64,000 nucleotides of DNA from Candidatus Limnocylindria bacterium. GTDB lineage: Bacteria > Chloroflexota > Limnocylindria > QHBO01. The stretch is taken from assembly GCA_038248695.1 (NCBI GenBank), contig JBBRXE010000001.1, forward strand, positions 1,021 through 65,020, in the 5' to 3' direction. The position numbers and the translations under genes were made by a program. Below the pieces are notes generated by a model that worked only from the letters and a program-made list of their open reading frames with translations, did not search any database and was not told the DNA's origin. Within the stretch, counting starts at the first letter, position 1, and each line of letters begins with the position of its first letter. Shown here in pieces: positions 46,258 to 56,444 of this stretch.

Positions 46258-48336
46258 GTGCCGTCGCCGGTGCCGCATACCAACCGCCTGGCCGACGAGA
46301 CGAGCCCGTACCTGCTGCAGCACGCGCATAACCCGGTCGACTGGTACGCGTGGGGCCCGGAGGCACTCGAACGCGCGCGCGCCGAGGACCGGCCGATCTT
46401 CGTGTCGATCGGCTACTCGGCGTGCCACTGGTGTCACGTCATGGAGCGCGAATCGTTCGAAAACGAGCGCGTGGCGGCCCTCATGAACGAGCATTTCGTC
46501 AACATCAAGGTCGATCGCGAGGAGCGCCCCGACCTGGACGACGTGTACATGGCCGCCGTGCAGGCGATGACCGGCAGCGGCGGTTGGCCGATGAGCGTCT
46601 TCCTGACGCCTGACCTGCGCCCGTTCTTTGGGGGCACCTATTTCCCGCCCGATGACCGGCAGGGCATGCCGGCGTTTACACGGGTGCTCGAAGCGGTGGC
46701 CGATGCGTATCGGAACCGACGCGTCGAGATCGACTCCCAGGCGGAACAGCTCGCCGGCCACCTGCGCGATCAGCTGGCGGCTGCGCCGGGCACGGCCGAG
46801 CCGCAGCGAGCCCAGCTCGATGCAGCCGTGGCGCGGCTTGCCTCGGCCTTCGACGAGGTGAACGGCGGCTTCGGCGGGGCGCCGAAGTTCCCTGCACCCA
46901 TGACGCTCGAGTTCCTGATGCGAGCGTGGCATCGTACCGGCGCGGACGACGTGCGACGGATGGTCTGCCTGACGCTCGATCGGATGGCCGGCGGCGGCAT
47001 CCATGACCAGCTCGGCGGCGGCTTCGCTCGCTACAGCACCGATGCACGCTGGCTGGTGCCGCACTTCGAGAAGATGCTGTACGACAACGCCCTGCTGGCG
47101 CACTGCTACCTCGATGCGTTCCGCGCCTTCGGCGTTGCACGCTATGCCGAGGTTGCCAGCGACACGCTCGACTTCATGCTCCGCGAGCTGCGGACCGACG
47201 ACGGCGGGTTCGCCGCCGCGCTCGATGCCGACAGCGAGGGCGAGGAAGGCCGCTTCTACGTCTGGACCTACGACGAATTCATGGCCGCGCTCCGTGGTGC
47301 GGGCCTCGACGATGACGAGCGTGGCTCACTGATGGCTTACTGGGGCGTTGTGGCCGAAGGCAACTGGGAGGGTCACTCGGTCCTGACGGCCAGCGGCACC
47401 CCGCCCACCCTCGACATTCGTGAGCGGGGGCGCAGCGCACTGTTCGAGGCACGGGAGCGCCGCGTGCGCCCGGCACGTGATGAGAAGCGGCTGGCTGCCT
47501 GGAACGGGATGGCGCTGCGCGCACTTGCGACCGGTGCCCTGGTGCTCGGTGAGGCGCGTTATGCCACGGCCGTCGATGGCCTGGTCGCATTCGTCGACAA
47601 GCAGCTCCTGCGTGACGGCGATCGCCTGTGGCGTACGTCGCGGGACGGCATCGCTCATACGCCGGCGTTCAGCGAGGATTACGCCAACCTCGCCGATGGA
47701 CTCCTCGAAGCGCACGCAGCGACGGGTGATACGCACGCCCTGCTGCTGGCCCGGACGTTGACCGAACGGCTCATCGCGGACTTCTGGGATGACGCATCAG
47801 GGACGCTGTTCGACACGAGCGCCGAACATGAGATGACGGTGGCGCGCCCACAGTCATTGATCGACTCTGCCACGCCCGCCGCCAACTCGGTCGCGGCCGA
47901 CGTGCTGATGCGACTGGGGCTTCTGTCTGGCGAGGCCGATTATGACCGTCGCGCGCGATCGATCCTGCGCGCCGTGGCGCCAGCACTCGACCGCCAGCCG
48001 TCAATGTTCGGACGCATGCTGTGCGCGGTCGATCGGTCGCTGGCCGCGCCATCGGACGCGGTGATCGCGTCAGCCGATGCCCGCGACCCGCGAGCGGCGA
48101 CGCTGCGCGACGCCGTGGCGCGGCCATTCGCACCGGACCTGGTGATCGCATCGGTCGAACCGACCAGCGCCGCCGCGGAGTGGCCGGTGTTCGCGGCGAA
48201 GACGCCGTTGGATGGCGTCCCGACCGCGTATGTCTGTCGCGGCTACGCCTGCGAGGCGCCGACGAACGATCCGCTGCTGGCAGCGGCACAGGTCGAGCGC
48301 ATGGCGCCACGGCATGCGTCAGCCTCGAAGGAATGA
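46258..48336 (+). CDS. Thioredoxin-domain protein, DUF255/YyaL family (N-terminal thioredoxin fold + six-hairpin glycosidase-like domain)
   Basis: …[12 protein letters not shown]…[21 protein letters not shown]… is the DUF255 CxxC block. The long C-terminal (α/α)6-like region is typical of the YyaL family. Confidence 0.85.
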   Translation: MPSPVPHTNRLADETSPYLLQHAHNPVDWYAWGPEALERARAEDRPIFVSIGYSACHWCHVMERESFENERVAALMNEHFVNIKVDREERPDLDDVYMAAVQAMTGSGGWPMSVFLTPDLRPFFGGTYFPPDDRQGMPAFTRVLEAVADAYRNRRVEIDSQAEQLAGHLRDQLAAAPGTAEPQRAQLDAAVARLASAFDEVNGGFGGAPKFPAPMTLEFLMRAWHRTGADDVRRMVCLTLDRMAGGGIHDQLGGGFARYSTDARWLVPHFEKMLYDNALLAHCYLDAFRAFGVARYAEVASDTLDFMLRELRTDDGGFAAALDADSEGEEGRFYVWTYDEFMAALRGAGLDDDERGSLMAYWGVVAEGNWEGHSVLTASGTPPTLDIRERGRSALFEARERRVRPARDEKRLAAWNGMALRALATGALVLGEARYATAVDGLVAFVDKQLLRDGDRLWRTSRDGIAHTPAFSEDYANLADGLLEAHAATGDTHALLLARTLTERLIADFWDDASGTLFDTSAEHEMTVARPQSLIDSATPAANSVAADVLMRLGLLSGEADYDRRARSILRAVAPALDRQPSMFGRMLCAVDRSLAAPSDAVIASADARDPRAATLRDAVARPFAPDLVIASVEPTSAAAEWPVFAAKTPLDGVPTAYVCRGYACEAPTNDPLLAAAQVERMAPRHASASKE

Positions 48337-48732
48337 TAGGCGCACGTGGCGGCGCGGATTATCCGGGTTCGGGTCGATCAATGCGATGGACTGCCAGGTG
48401 CCGAGCTCCATGCGACCGGCGATGACCGGGATGCCGATCGAGGGCGCCGTGAGCAGCGGTAGGACGTGGTCGGCGCCGTGCCCCGCCGATCCATGGGCGT
48501 GCCGCCAGCGATCATCGCGCGGCAGCAGCGAGTCGAGCACAGCGAGCATGTCGGCGTCCGAACCCGAGCCGAGCTCCATCAGTACCACGCCGGCGGTGGC
48601 ATGTGGCACGAAGACATTGAGCAGGCCGTCGCCACCACCGGCCACGTCGCGAACAAATGCGGCGCACGCACCGGTCAGGTCGAAGGCGCCGCGGCGCCCG
48701 CCGGTCTCGACGCTGATCTCCTGGCTCTCCAT
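48319..48732 (-). CDS. YjbQ/UPF0047 family (secondary thiamine-phosphate synthase-like) protein
   Basis: …[12 protein letters not shown]… and …[17 protein letters not shown]… are conserved UPF0047 blocks. It is convergent with the DUF255 gene and overlaps it by 18 nt. Confidence 0.75.
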   Translation of the reverse strand: MESQEISVETGGRRGAFDLTGACAAFVRDVAGGGDGLLNVFVPHATAGVVLMELGSGSDADMLAVLDSLLPRDDRWRHAHGSAGHGADHVLPLLTAPSIGIPVIAGRMELGTWQSIALIDPNPDNPRRHVRLSFLRG

Positions 48733-48757
48733 GGCACCAGCCTAGCAGCGGGGTATC

Positions 48758-49729
48758 ATGCCGCCGATGTTCGACCGACCAGCGAGCGCCGGCCGTGTGC
48801 TTCTCATCCTGCTGGCGGTCGCGCTGATCGCGACTGCGTGCGGCAGCCAGTCACTGTCGCCCAGCCCAAGCCCGACAGCCAGCGCCAGCCCTTCACCCTC
48901 ACCGACGCCAAGTCCGTCGCCGACGCCAAGTCCGTCACCGACGCCCCTCAACGCCGAGCTGCTGGGACGCCGCATGACGGTGCTCGTCGCCGGCATCGAT
49001 TCCAATCCAGACCGCGCTTCGCGCGACATGCCGATCAACACCGACGCACTGATCGTGGCCAGCGTCAACGCCAGCCACGATCGCATCGCCATGGTGTCGC
49101 TGCCGCGCGACACGGTCGACATCCCGCTGTCCGGCGGTGGCGTCTGGTCGCGCAAGATCAACTCGCTCTTCGCGGTACACGGCATCGAGGCGCTGCAGGG
49201 GGCGCTCCAGGAGGCATACGGCGTCCCGATCGACTACTACCTGACGCTGAACATGTCCGACTTCGGTGCCCTGGTCGACGCGGTTGGCGGCGTTGACGTC
49301 GATGTGCCCTACGCGATCCATGATCTGACAGTCAAGCTCAACCTGAAGGCCGGCGTCCACCACTTCAGTGGCAATTCAGCGTTGAGCTACGTCCGCACTC
49401 GGCACCAGGACGGCGACTTCGCCCGCGCCGGGCGGCAGCAGCAGGTGCTGATGGCTATTTTCGAGAAGCTGGTCGACCCGACGACGAAGCTCGACATCGG
49501 CAGGCTGCTGGCCACCTTCGGCTCACTGAAGACGAACCTGCCTTTGGCCGAGCTCGCAACGCTGCGCGAGATCGGGAGGCGGAGCGCCGGTGCAACGGTC
49601 AGCAGCAAGGTCCTCGGCGTCGGCTACGCGCGGTTCATGGGCATTGAGCCGAACAGCGCACGCGGCTGGATCATCATTCCCAACCTGCCCAGGATGCGCG
49701 ACTACGTGCAGTCGGTGATGGGGGACTAG
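48758..49729 (+). CDS. LytR-CpsA-Psr (LCP) family lipoprotein
   Basis: Lipobox (LIATAC) and an SP-rich linker encoded by an 18-bp DNA tandem repeat at about 48880-48950. The LCP core is …VLVAGIDSNPDRASRDMPINTDALIV…SLPRDT…. Confidence 0.8.
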   Translation: MPPMFDRPASAGRVLLILLAVALIATACGSQSLSPSPSPTASASPSPSPTPSPSPTPSPSPTPLNAELLGRRMTVLVAGIDSNPDRASRDMPINTDALIVASVNASHDRIAMVSLPRDTVDIPLSGGGVWSRKINSLFAVHGIEALQGALQEAYGVPIDYYLTLNMSDFGALVDAVGGVDVDVPYAIHDLTVKLNLKAGVHHFSGNSALSYVRTRHQDGDFARAGRQQQVLMAIFEKLVDPTTKLDIGRLLATFGSLKTNLPLAELATLREIGRRSAGATVSSKVLGVGYARFMGIEPNSARGWIIIPNLPRMRDYVQSVMGD

Positions 49730-49730
49730 C

Positions 49731-50117
49731 TCAGGCGTTGATGGGGCGTCGCGTACCGCAGTGGTAACAGCTCTCATCCGCCGCGCGAATGGTCGTTCCG
49801 CAGTTCGCGCAGTTGACCATCAGGTCGGCCTCATCGACGGGGCAGAAGCGTGCCTCGGCAGGAAACTGCAGCCCGTCGGCGGGGCAGTACGGGACGCCCC
49901 GCGGGGCCTCGAAGACGCCGTCTGGAGCGCGCTGCAGGCGAACCGCCTGCTCGGCGCCGCCGGGCGCCTCGATGCCGACCTGCGAGACCCTCAGGTAGCC
50001 GAGCACCAGCCAGAGCACGTACAGGCCGGCGATGCCGAGCAGCAGGTACGGAAAGATCGTGGCCAGCGTCGTGCCGCTGTCGTTGCCGATCCATTCGATC
50101 CAGGCTTTGACGTCCAT
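49731..50117 (-). CDS. Membrane-anchored zinc-ribbon protein, hypothetical
   Basis: One TM helix (ATIFPYLLLGIAGLYVLWLVLGYL), then two CxxC pairs (CPADG…CPVDE…CANCG…CYHCG). Confidence 0.45.
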   Translation of the reverse strand: MDVKAWIEWIGNDSGTTLATIFPYLLLGIAGLYVLWLVLGYLRVSQVGIEAPGGAEQAVRLQRAPDGVFEAPRGVPYCPADGLQFPAEARFCPVDEADLMVNCANCGTTIRAADESCYHCGTRRPINA

Positions 50118-50215
50118 GGGGCGCGATTCTAGCACCGTGGTCGCGACAAGGGCCGTGGCCCGCGACGGCTGCTACACTCCGCGGAACATCCGACCGACCC
50201 ATGCTCGACAGGTCA

Positions 50216-51289
50216 ATGCCCCGGCCCCGACTCGATCTTCACACCCCCCTCAGCGAGCTGCACGTGCACCTCGGCGCGGCCGTGACGCCGGCCATCATGT
50301 GGGGCATTGCCCACGCACAGGGGATCCGGCTGCCGACCAAGGACTTCTGGGCGTTCCGTGACCTGATCACGGTTGGGCGGCGCAAGCGCGGGTTTCAGGC
50401 GTACCTCGACCTGTTCCATTGGACGGAGCTGATCCAATCCAGCCCAACCGCCGTGGAGCGTAGCGTCTACGAGGTCATCGGCGGGGCGTATCGCAAGAAC
50501 AATGTCACCGAGATCGAGGTGCGTTTCAACCCGATGAAACGCAACCGTGGCGGCGAGCAGGACCTCGACCACATCATCGCTGCAGCGGTGCGCGGCATGG
50601 ATCGGGCGGTGCTCGAATATCCGCAGGTGCGCGCAGGGCTGATCTTCTGCCTCGACCGCGGTTTCAGCATCGAGCTCAACGAGATCATCGCCGCCAAGGC
50701 GATCAGCTGGCGCAACCGTGGCGTGGTGGCGGTCGACATCGCCGGCCCGGTCGTCGAGTCGTTCCGGTTTGGCGACTACCGCGAAATCTTCGCCGAGTGT
50801 CGCCGGGCTGGCCTCGGCGTGACGGTGCATGCCGGCGAGACGGGTGGATCCGACGAGGTGCGCAAGGCGGTTGAGGCCCTGGAGCCGACCCGCATCGGTC
50901 ATGGCATCAGGAGCGCTGACGATCCGAATGTCATGGCGCTGCTGCGCGAGCGCGAGATCGTGCTCGAGGTGTGTCCGAGCTCCAACCTGAATACTGCGGT
51001 GGTGCGCGACCTGGCCGAGGTGCGCCGCATCATTCGCCTGCTGCTCGACAATGAAGTACCGATCGCCATCTCGACCGACGGTCCGGAGATGCTGCGGTCG
51101 ACCCTGCGCAACGAGCTCAACCTGCTGCTGCGCAACGAGATCATGTCGCTCGACGAGGTGCGGCTGGCGATCGCCACCGCGCATCGCGCCAGCTTCGTCG
51201 ATCGGGCACCGATCGTCGAGCCGACAGCGCTGCCGCTGGACGGTCATGCCAGCCAGGATGCGCCGATCGGCGTCGGAGGCAGCGCCTAG
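50216..51289 (+). CDS. Adenosine/adenine deaminase-family amidohydrolase (paralog 1)
   Basis: …LHVHLGAAV… metal-binding HxH. …VHAGE… His block. …ISTDGP… Asp block. Confidence 0.8.
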   Translation: MPRPRLDLHTPLSELHVHLGAAVTPAIMWGIAHAQGIRLPTKDFWAFRDLITVGRRKRGFQAYLDLFHWTELIQSSPTAVERSVYEVIGGAYRKNNVTEIEVRFNPMKRNRGGEQDLDHIIAAAVRGMDRAVLEYPQVRAGLIFCLDRGFSIELNEIIAAKAISWRNRGVVAVDIAGPVVESFRFGDYREIFAECRRAGLGVTVHAGETGGSDEVRKAVEALEPTRIGHGIRSADDPNVMALLREREIVLEVCPSSNLNTAVVRDLAEVRRIIRLLLDNEVPIAISTDGPEMLRSTLRNELNLLLRNEIMSLDEVRLAIATAHRASFVDRAPIVEPTALPLDGHASQDAPIGVGGSA

Positions 51290-51307
51290 GCCGATATACT
51301 GCCGGCC

Positions 51308-52171
51308 GTGTCATCCATCTGGCGGCCGGTCCGAGAACGCAACCCCGCCCGCAGCCTGATGGTCGTGGTGGCACACCCCGGCGACGAGGCGTTCGGCTTC
51401 GGTGGGGCGATCGCCACGGCGGCCGCCGCTGGGGCGTATGTCGTCGTCATCTGCGCGACGCGCGGCTTCTTCGACCCGCGCCTGCTCGATCCGGCCCCGG
51501 CGCCTGGCGGGCGGAATCGGTCGTACACCAAGCCGGTCATCTGGCGCAACCTCGACACCGTTCGCGAGGACGAGCTGCGGCGCTCGGTGGCGCTGCTCGG
51601 CGTTCGCGTGCTGCGCATGCTCGACTACGCCGAGGGGGAGCTCGCATCGGTCAATCCGAACGAGCTCGTGGGCCGCATCGTCGAGCCCATCCGCATGCAT
51701 CGGCCCGAGGTGATCCTGTCGTTCGGCCCTGACGGCGTGACGCGCGATGCCGATCACGTCGCGCTGTCGCGGGCCGTGGCGCTCGCCTTTGAGCGCGCCG
51801 CTGAGCCGCTCTCCTACGAGGATGATATCGAGGAGGATCAGGTCGCCTGGCGCGCCGCGAAGCTGTACCAGCTCGTCGTGCCGCCCGAGCAGCTGGCGAC
51901 GGCCGGCGAGGGAGCGCCACTCGAGTACGGATCGCCGGTCGAGGCCGGTACCCTGACGCTGGATCTCGGCGAGCTGTCGCAACTGAAGCTGGCCGCCATC
52001 GATCGCCACGTATCGCAGACCGGTTCGGCCGGCGCCTTCAGCGACTGGCCGGTGGAGGCGCGGGATGCCTACCTCGCGTCCGAGTCGTACCGCCTGACGC
52101 GCAGCAATCTGCCGGTCGCTGCCGGTGGGCATGCGACCGCCGAAACCGACCTGTTCGATGGGCTACCCTAG
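51308..52171 (+). CDS. PIG-L/LmbE-family deacetylase (second copy)
   Basis: …MVVVAHPGDEAFGFGGAIA… and …DADHVALS…. Confidence 0.8.
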   Translation: MSSIWRPVRERNPARSLMVVVAHPGDEAFGFGGAIATAAAAGAYVVVICATRGFFDPRLLDPAPAPGGRNRSYTKPVIWRNLDTVREDELRRSVALLGVRVLRMLDYAEGELASVNPNELVGRIVEPIRMHRPEVILSFGPDGVTRDADHVALSRAVALAFERAAEPLSYEDDIEEDQVAWRAAKLYQLVVPPEQLATAGEGAPLEYGSPVEAGTLTLDLGELSQLKLAAIDRHVSQTGSAGAFSDWPVEARDAYLASESYRLTRSNLPVAAGGHATAETDLFDGLP

Positions 52172-52281
52172 GCCATTGCGGCAAACTCCTCAACATAGGT
52201 AGAGCCACGTTCGCGGCCGTGTCTGCTAGGCTCGTGCATGAGCACCCCCATCGGTACACGAAAGGAAGCTGTTGCTTTCAG

Positions 52282-53385
52282 ATGCCCGAGATTCCTGAGA
52301 CGCTGACCAACGACAACATCATGACCGCCATGGGTCGTGTGAAAGACCCCGAGATCGGGCGTGACCTCGTCTCGCTGGGGATGATCAAGTCGATCGACAT
52401 CAACGGCAGCGTCGTCGACATGCAGGTCGAGCTCACGACGCCAGCCTGTCCGCTCAAAGCGAAGATCGAATCCGATATTGTCCACGAGCTGGAGGGGCTC
52501 GGCGCGACCGTCGTGCGCGTCGACTGGGCATCGAACGTCAAGCGCTCCTTCGGCGGCCCGGCCGCGGACCTGATCCCCGGCGTCCGCAACACGATTGCGG
52601 TGGCATCCGGCAAGGGCGGCGTCGGCAAGACCACCGTCGCCGTCAACCTGGCGGTCAGCCTGGCGCGCGACGGCGCCAGAGTAGGCCTGCTGGACGGCGA
52701 CATCACCGGGCCGAACGTGCCGCTGATGATGGGCACCGATGGCGCGCACGTGACGGGCAGCGGCGGGCGCGTCAACCCGGTCACCAGCCACGGCGTGCAG
52801 ATGATGAGCATCCAGTATTTCCTGACAGGCGACGCGCCGGTGATCTGGCGCGGCCCCCTGATCCACTCGGCCATCCAGCAGTTCCTGCGCGACGTGGAGT
52901 GGGGCGACCTCGACTACCTGGTCGTCGACCTGCCGCCTGGCACCGGCGACGCGGCGCTCAGCCTCAGCCAGCTCATCCCGCTGACGGGCGCTGTCGTCGT
53001 GACCACCCCCCAGGAGGTCTCGCTGCTCGACGCGCGCAAGGCAATAGCGATGTTCAACAAGGTGAACGTGCGCACGCTTGGCGTGGTCGAGAACATGAGT
53101 GGCTTCATCTGCCCCAACTGCCGCGAGGAGCACGACATCTTCGGCTCCGGCGGCGGGGAGCGGATCGCCCGCGAGCTGGGGCTCGACATCCTGGGCCGCA
53201 TCCCGCTCGAGCCTGGCGTGCGGACGGGTGGCGACGCCGGCGTGCCGATCACCTCGTCGCAATATCCCGGCGGACAGGACTCCATCGCAGGCGCGGCGCT
53301 GCGTGAGCTGGCCCGCACCGTTGCCGGCCGGGTGAGCGTGGCTGCAGCCCCATTCGCCGGCGCGGGAATGGTCGCCGCCGGCTGA
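52282..53385 (+). CDS. Fe-S cluster carrier ATPase Mrp/ApbC/NBP35 with N-terminal DUF59 (MIP18-like) domain
   Basis: AAAGGAAG RBS at 52261. N-terminal DUF59 (…VKDPEIGRDLVSLGMI…). Deviant Walker A …VASGKGGVGKTT…. …CPNC… is the Fe-S ligand pair. Confidence 0.85.
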   Translation: MPEIPETLTNDNIMTAMGRVKDPEIGRDLVSLGMIKSIDINGSVVDMQVELTTPACPLKAKIESDIVHELEGLGATVVRVDWASNVKRSFGGPAADLIPGVRNTIAVASGKGGVGKTTVAVNLAVSLARDGARVGLLDGDITGPNVPLMMGTDGAHVTGSGGRVNPVTSHGVQMMSIQYFLTGDAPVIWRGPLIHSAIQQFLRDVEWGDLDYLVVDLPPGTGDAALSLSQLIPLTGAVVVTTPQEVSLLDARKAIAMFNKVNVRTLGVVENMSGFICPNCREEHDIFGSGGGERIARELGLDILGRIPLEPGVRTGGDAGVPITSSQYPGGQDSIAGAALRELARTVAGRVSVAAAPFAGAGMVAAG

Positions 53386-53490
53386 CCGCGGCGCATCCGG
53401 GCTGAGGGAGTCTCACCCGGCGACCGATGTACGGGCGCGCGGCACCCATTGGGTGATTGCCGCGTCAGGCCTCGCCCGTAGAATTCCGCC

Positions 53491-54225
53491 ATGCGAATTG
53501 CTCTCATCGCAGACGTGCACGCCAACCTGCCGGCGCTGCGTGCCGTGCTGGACGATGCGGCCAATATCGGGTGCGATGCGATCTGGTGCGCCGGCGACGT
53601 CGTCGGCCGCGGACCCCATCCCAACGAGGTCATCGACCTGCTGCGGACGCTCGACGTGCCGACCGTGCAGGGCAACTGGGACGAGGCGGTCGGCATGGAC
53701 CGCGAGCACGCCGGTGCGCTATGGGCCAGTCACTCTGGCGAGGAGCGGGGAGCCGCGTCACTCGACTGGACCAAGCAACGTGTCAGCGATGAGAATCGGA
53801 CGTGGTTGCGCAACCTGCCTACCAGCCAGCGTTTCGTGGTCGACGGCCGATCCGCGCTGCTCTTTCACGGCTCCCCGCTGAAACAATCCGAATACCTATG
53901 GGCGGACCGGCCATCGCGCTATTTCGCTCGGATCGCCAGCGACGAGGCCGACGACCTCTTCTGCTTCGGGCACACGCACGAGAGTTTTCACCGCGTCGTG
54001 GGCCAGGGTCATTTCGTCGCGGCCGGATCGGTCGGCTGCGGCCTGGAGGGCGACGCCCGCGCTCGCTACGCGGTCGTGTACATCGGGCAACCCGACGTGG
54101 CGGTGGGCTTCAGGAGCGTCGATTACGAACATGGCAGCGTGATCGGCGATCTCGCGGCGGCGGGCCTTTCGATCGATTTGCTGCGCGTGCCGCCGAGCGC
54201 GCGACCCGCCCCGCCGGGGGCGTAG
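53491..54225 (+). CDS. Calcineurin-like metallophosphoesterase (YfcE-like)
   Basis: …IALIADVHAN…, …GDVVGRGP…, …CFGHTHE…. Confidence 0.8.
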   Translation: MRIALIADVHANLPALRAVLDDAANIGCDAIWCAGDVVGRGPHPNEVIDLLRTLDVPTVQGNWDEAVGMDREHAGALWASHSGEERGAASLDWTKQRVSDENRTWLRNLPTSQRFVVDGRSALLFHGSPLKQSEYLWADRPSRYFARIASDEADDLFCFGHTHESFHRVVGQGHFVAAGSVGCGLEGDARARYAVVYIGQPDVAVGFRSVDYEHGSVIGDLAAAGLSIDLLRVPPSARPAPPGA

Positions 54226-54256
54226 ATCACCGACGTCCCCCGGCTGACGCGCCGCT

Positions 54257-55321
54257 TCAGAGCGTCGAGGTCTCTCGTTCGTACGGCTGACCATCGGCCG
54301 CCGGTGGGACGCTGCGTCCGACGACACCTGCCAGCACGACGATGGTGACGATGTAGGGAAGGGCGGTGAAGACCTGCGGTGGGATCGCGCCGAGCACGGC
54401 CCCCAGGTCACCGGCGGGTGGGCTCTGGCGAATGGCCTGTCCCAGCGTGTCGGCAAGGCCGAAGAGCAGAGCCGCGCCAACCGAGCCAAGTGGCGTCCAT
54501 CGGCCGAAGATCAGTGCCGCGAGCGCGATGAAGCCGCGGCCATTGGTCATGCCGCTCTGGAACGAGTTTCCATACTCGATGGTGAACCAGGCGCCGGCGA
54601 GACCTGCCAGCAGACCGCCAAGCAGCACGTTGCGGTAGCGAAGCGCGATGACGTCGATGCCGACGGTCTCGGCGGCCCGAGGGTGCTCGCCGACCGCGCG
54701 GGTGCGCAGTCCCCAGCGCGAGCGATAGAGGAGCACCTGCAGCACGACGACCACGACGAGCATTGATAGGGTGATCGGCCCCTGCTCGACGAAGGTCCGC
54801 AGGACCCAGCCGACGATCGGGAAGTCAATGAGTGGCTGCGGCAGGCTGAGACTGTGGAAGTTCCCTGCCGAAGGCGGAGAATTGTGGCTGATGAGCAGTG
54901 CCAGGTAGCCGGTGATGCCCAGCGCCACGATGTTGATGATCGTGCCGGAGATGATCTGATCGGCACGGACGGTGATGGACAGCCAGGCATGCGCAAGGGA
55001 GACGATGACTCCCGTAGCGAGTCCCGCCAGCAGGCCGATCAGCAGCGGCAGGGTGATGCCCAGCGGTCCCGCGTCGGCCGATAGAAACCCTGAGGCGATC
55101 GACGCGACGTACCACGCGCTGAACGCGCTGGCCAGCATCATCCCCTCGATACCGATATTCACGACGCCACCGCGCTCGTTCATGAAGCCGCACAGCGCGC
55201 CAAGGCCGATGGGCGTGGACAGCGTGATGATCAGCCCCCCGTTCTGGACCACGACCTGGACGAGATAGCCGATGAACTGCAGCAGCAGACCGATGACGGG
55301 GAAGTGGAGGATGAAGTCCAT
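54257..55321 (-). CDS. ABC permease, nucleoside/simple-sugar (BMP-type) importer, NupQ/YufQ-like
   Basis: About 9 TM helices. Family-typical …ERGGVVNIGIEGMML… block. Confidence 0.85.
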   Translation of the reverse strand: MDFILHFPVIGLLLQFIGYLVQVVVQNGGLIITLSTPIGLGALCGFMNERGGVVNIGIEGMMLASAFSAWYVASIASGFLSADAGPLGITLPLLIGLLAGLATGVIVSLAHAWLSITVRADQIISGTIINIVALGITGYLALLISHNSPPSAGNFHSLSLPQPLIDFPIVGWVLRTFVEQGPITLSMLVVVVVLQVLLYRSRWGLRTRAVGEHPRAAETVGIDVIALRYRNVLLGGLLAGLAGAWFTIEYGNSFQSGMTNGRGFIALAALIFGRWTPLGSVGAALLFGLADTLGQAIRQSPPAGDLGAVLGAIPPQVFTALPYIVTIVVLAGVVGRSVPPAADGQPYERETSTL

Positions 55322-55328
55322 GTTGGGC

Positions 55329-56444
55329 CTACGGTGTCGTCTGGCCGCCGTAGGAGCGCGAAATCGTCTTCAGTTCGGTGACCTCGGCATGCGCTGCGCG
55401 CACCCGGAAGACGTATCGCACGATCAGCTCGGCGGCAAGGAAAAAGAGGATGACGCCCTGCAGCACGTCGACCATCTGTACCGGAACCCCGGCCTGGATC
55501 TGCATCAGGTTCGACCCGGCACGCATGGCGCCGAACAGCAGCCCGCCGAACAGGATGCCGATCGGATTGGAGCGGCCGAGCAGTGCCACGGTGATGCCGT
55601 CCCACCCGACGTTGGTCGAGTAACCGGCGGGCATGAAGTGGCTGATGCCCAGGATCTCGCCGGCGCCGGCGAGCCCGGCAAGCAGGCCGCACGCGGACAT
55701 CGTCAGGATCAGGATGCGGCGCGGTGACATGCCGGCGTAGCGTGCGGCATCCGGATTCGCGCCGACGGTCCTTACTTCGAAGCCGACCGTGGTGCGAAAC
55801 AGGAGCCACCAGGCGATGGGCACGGCGACCAGGGCGAACAGGATGCCGAGGTGTCCGTTGCGTCCGACAAGGATCGGGAGCACCGCCGCGCCGACGTCGG
55901 GAGATCGGGCGAACGTCGCGCCGGTGGCGCGCATCGGCCCGATGATCAGGTAGGCCACGAACTGGATGGCGATGTAGTTGAGCATGATGGTGGTGACCAC
56001 CTCATGCGCGCCGGTGTACGCCTTCAGGAAGCCGGGAATGAAGCCGTAGATGGCGCCGGTCAGCATGGCCGCGATCACCGCCGCCGGAATGGCCAGAAGC
56101 GGCGATCCGTGCGCGAGTCCGGCACCTACCGCGGCCGCTGAAACCGCGCCGATGAGGAACTGGCCCTGTACGCCGATGTTGAACAGGCCCGCCTTGAAGC
56201 CGATGCCGACCGCCAGCCCGGCGAGGACCAGGGGTGCAGAGCTGACGATGGTTTGCACGAGGCCATTGAAGCTGCCGAAGGCGCCTTCGGCGAGGGCTGC
56301 GTATGCCTTGACCGGCAGCATGACGTCGAGCTGGCCGCCGACGAGCGGTGAGCTGAGAACCAGGACCACGGCTCCCACCACCAGTGCCAACACGATGGCC
56401 AACAGCGGAATGATCACTACCGACGCGGTGTGTTGCAGCCTCAC
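55329..56444 (-). CDS. ABC permease, nucleoside/simple-sugar (BMP-type) importer, NupP/YufP-like
   Basis: Polytopic. …GLFNIGVQGQFLIGA… block. ATGA overlap with the ATPase stop. Confidence 0.85.
   Translation of the reverse strand: MRLQHTASVVIIPLLAIVLALVVGAVVLVLSSPLVGGQLDVMLPVKAYAALAEGAFGSFNGLVQTIVSSAPLVLAGLAVGIGFKAGLFNIGVQGQFLIGAVSAAAVGAGLAHGSPLLAIPAAVIAAMLTGAIYGFIPGFLKAYTGAHEVVTTIMLNYIAIQFVAYLIIGPMRATGATFARSPDVGAAVLPILVGRNGHLGILFALVAVPIAWWLLFRTTVGFEVRTVGANPDAARYAGMSPRRILILTMSACGLLAGLAGAGEILGISHFMPAGYSTNVGWDGITVALLGRSNPIGILFGGLLFGAMRAGSNLMQIQAGVPVQMVDVLQGVILFFLAAELIVRYVFRVRAAHAEVTELKTISRSYGGQTTP

Noticed and set aside
48466-49296. 276-aa plus-strand ORF overlapping yjbQ and the LCP gene
   Set aside because: It overlaps two motif-supported genes in other frames or strands and has no recognisable domain.
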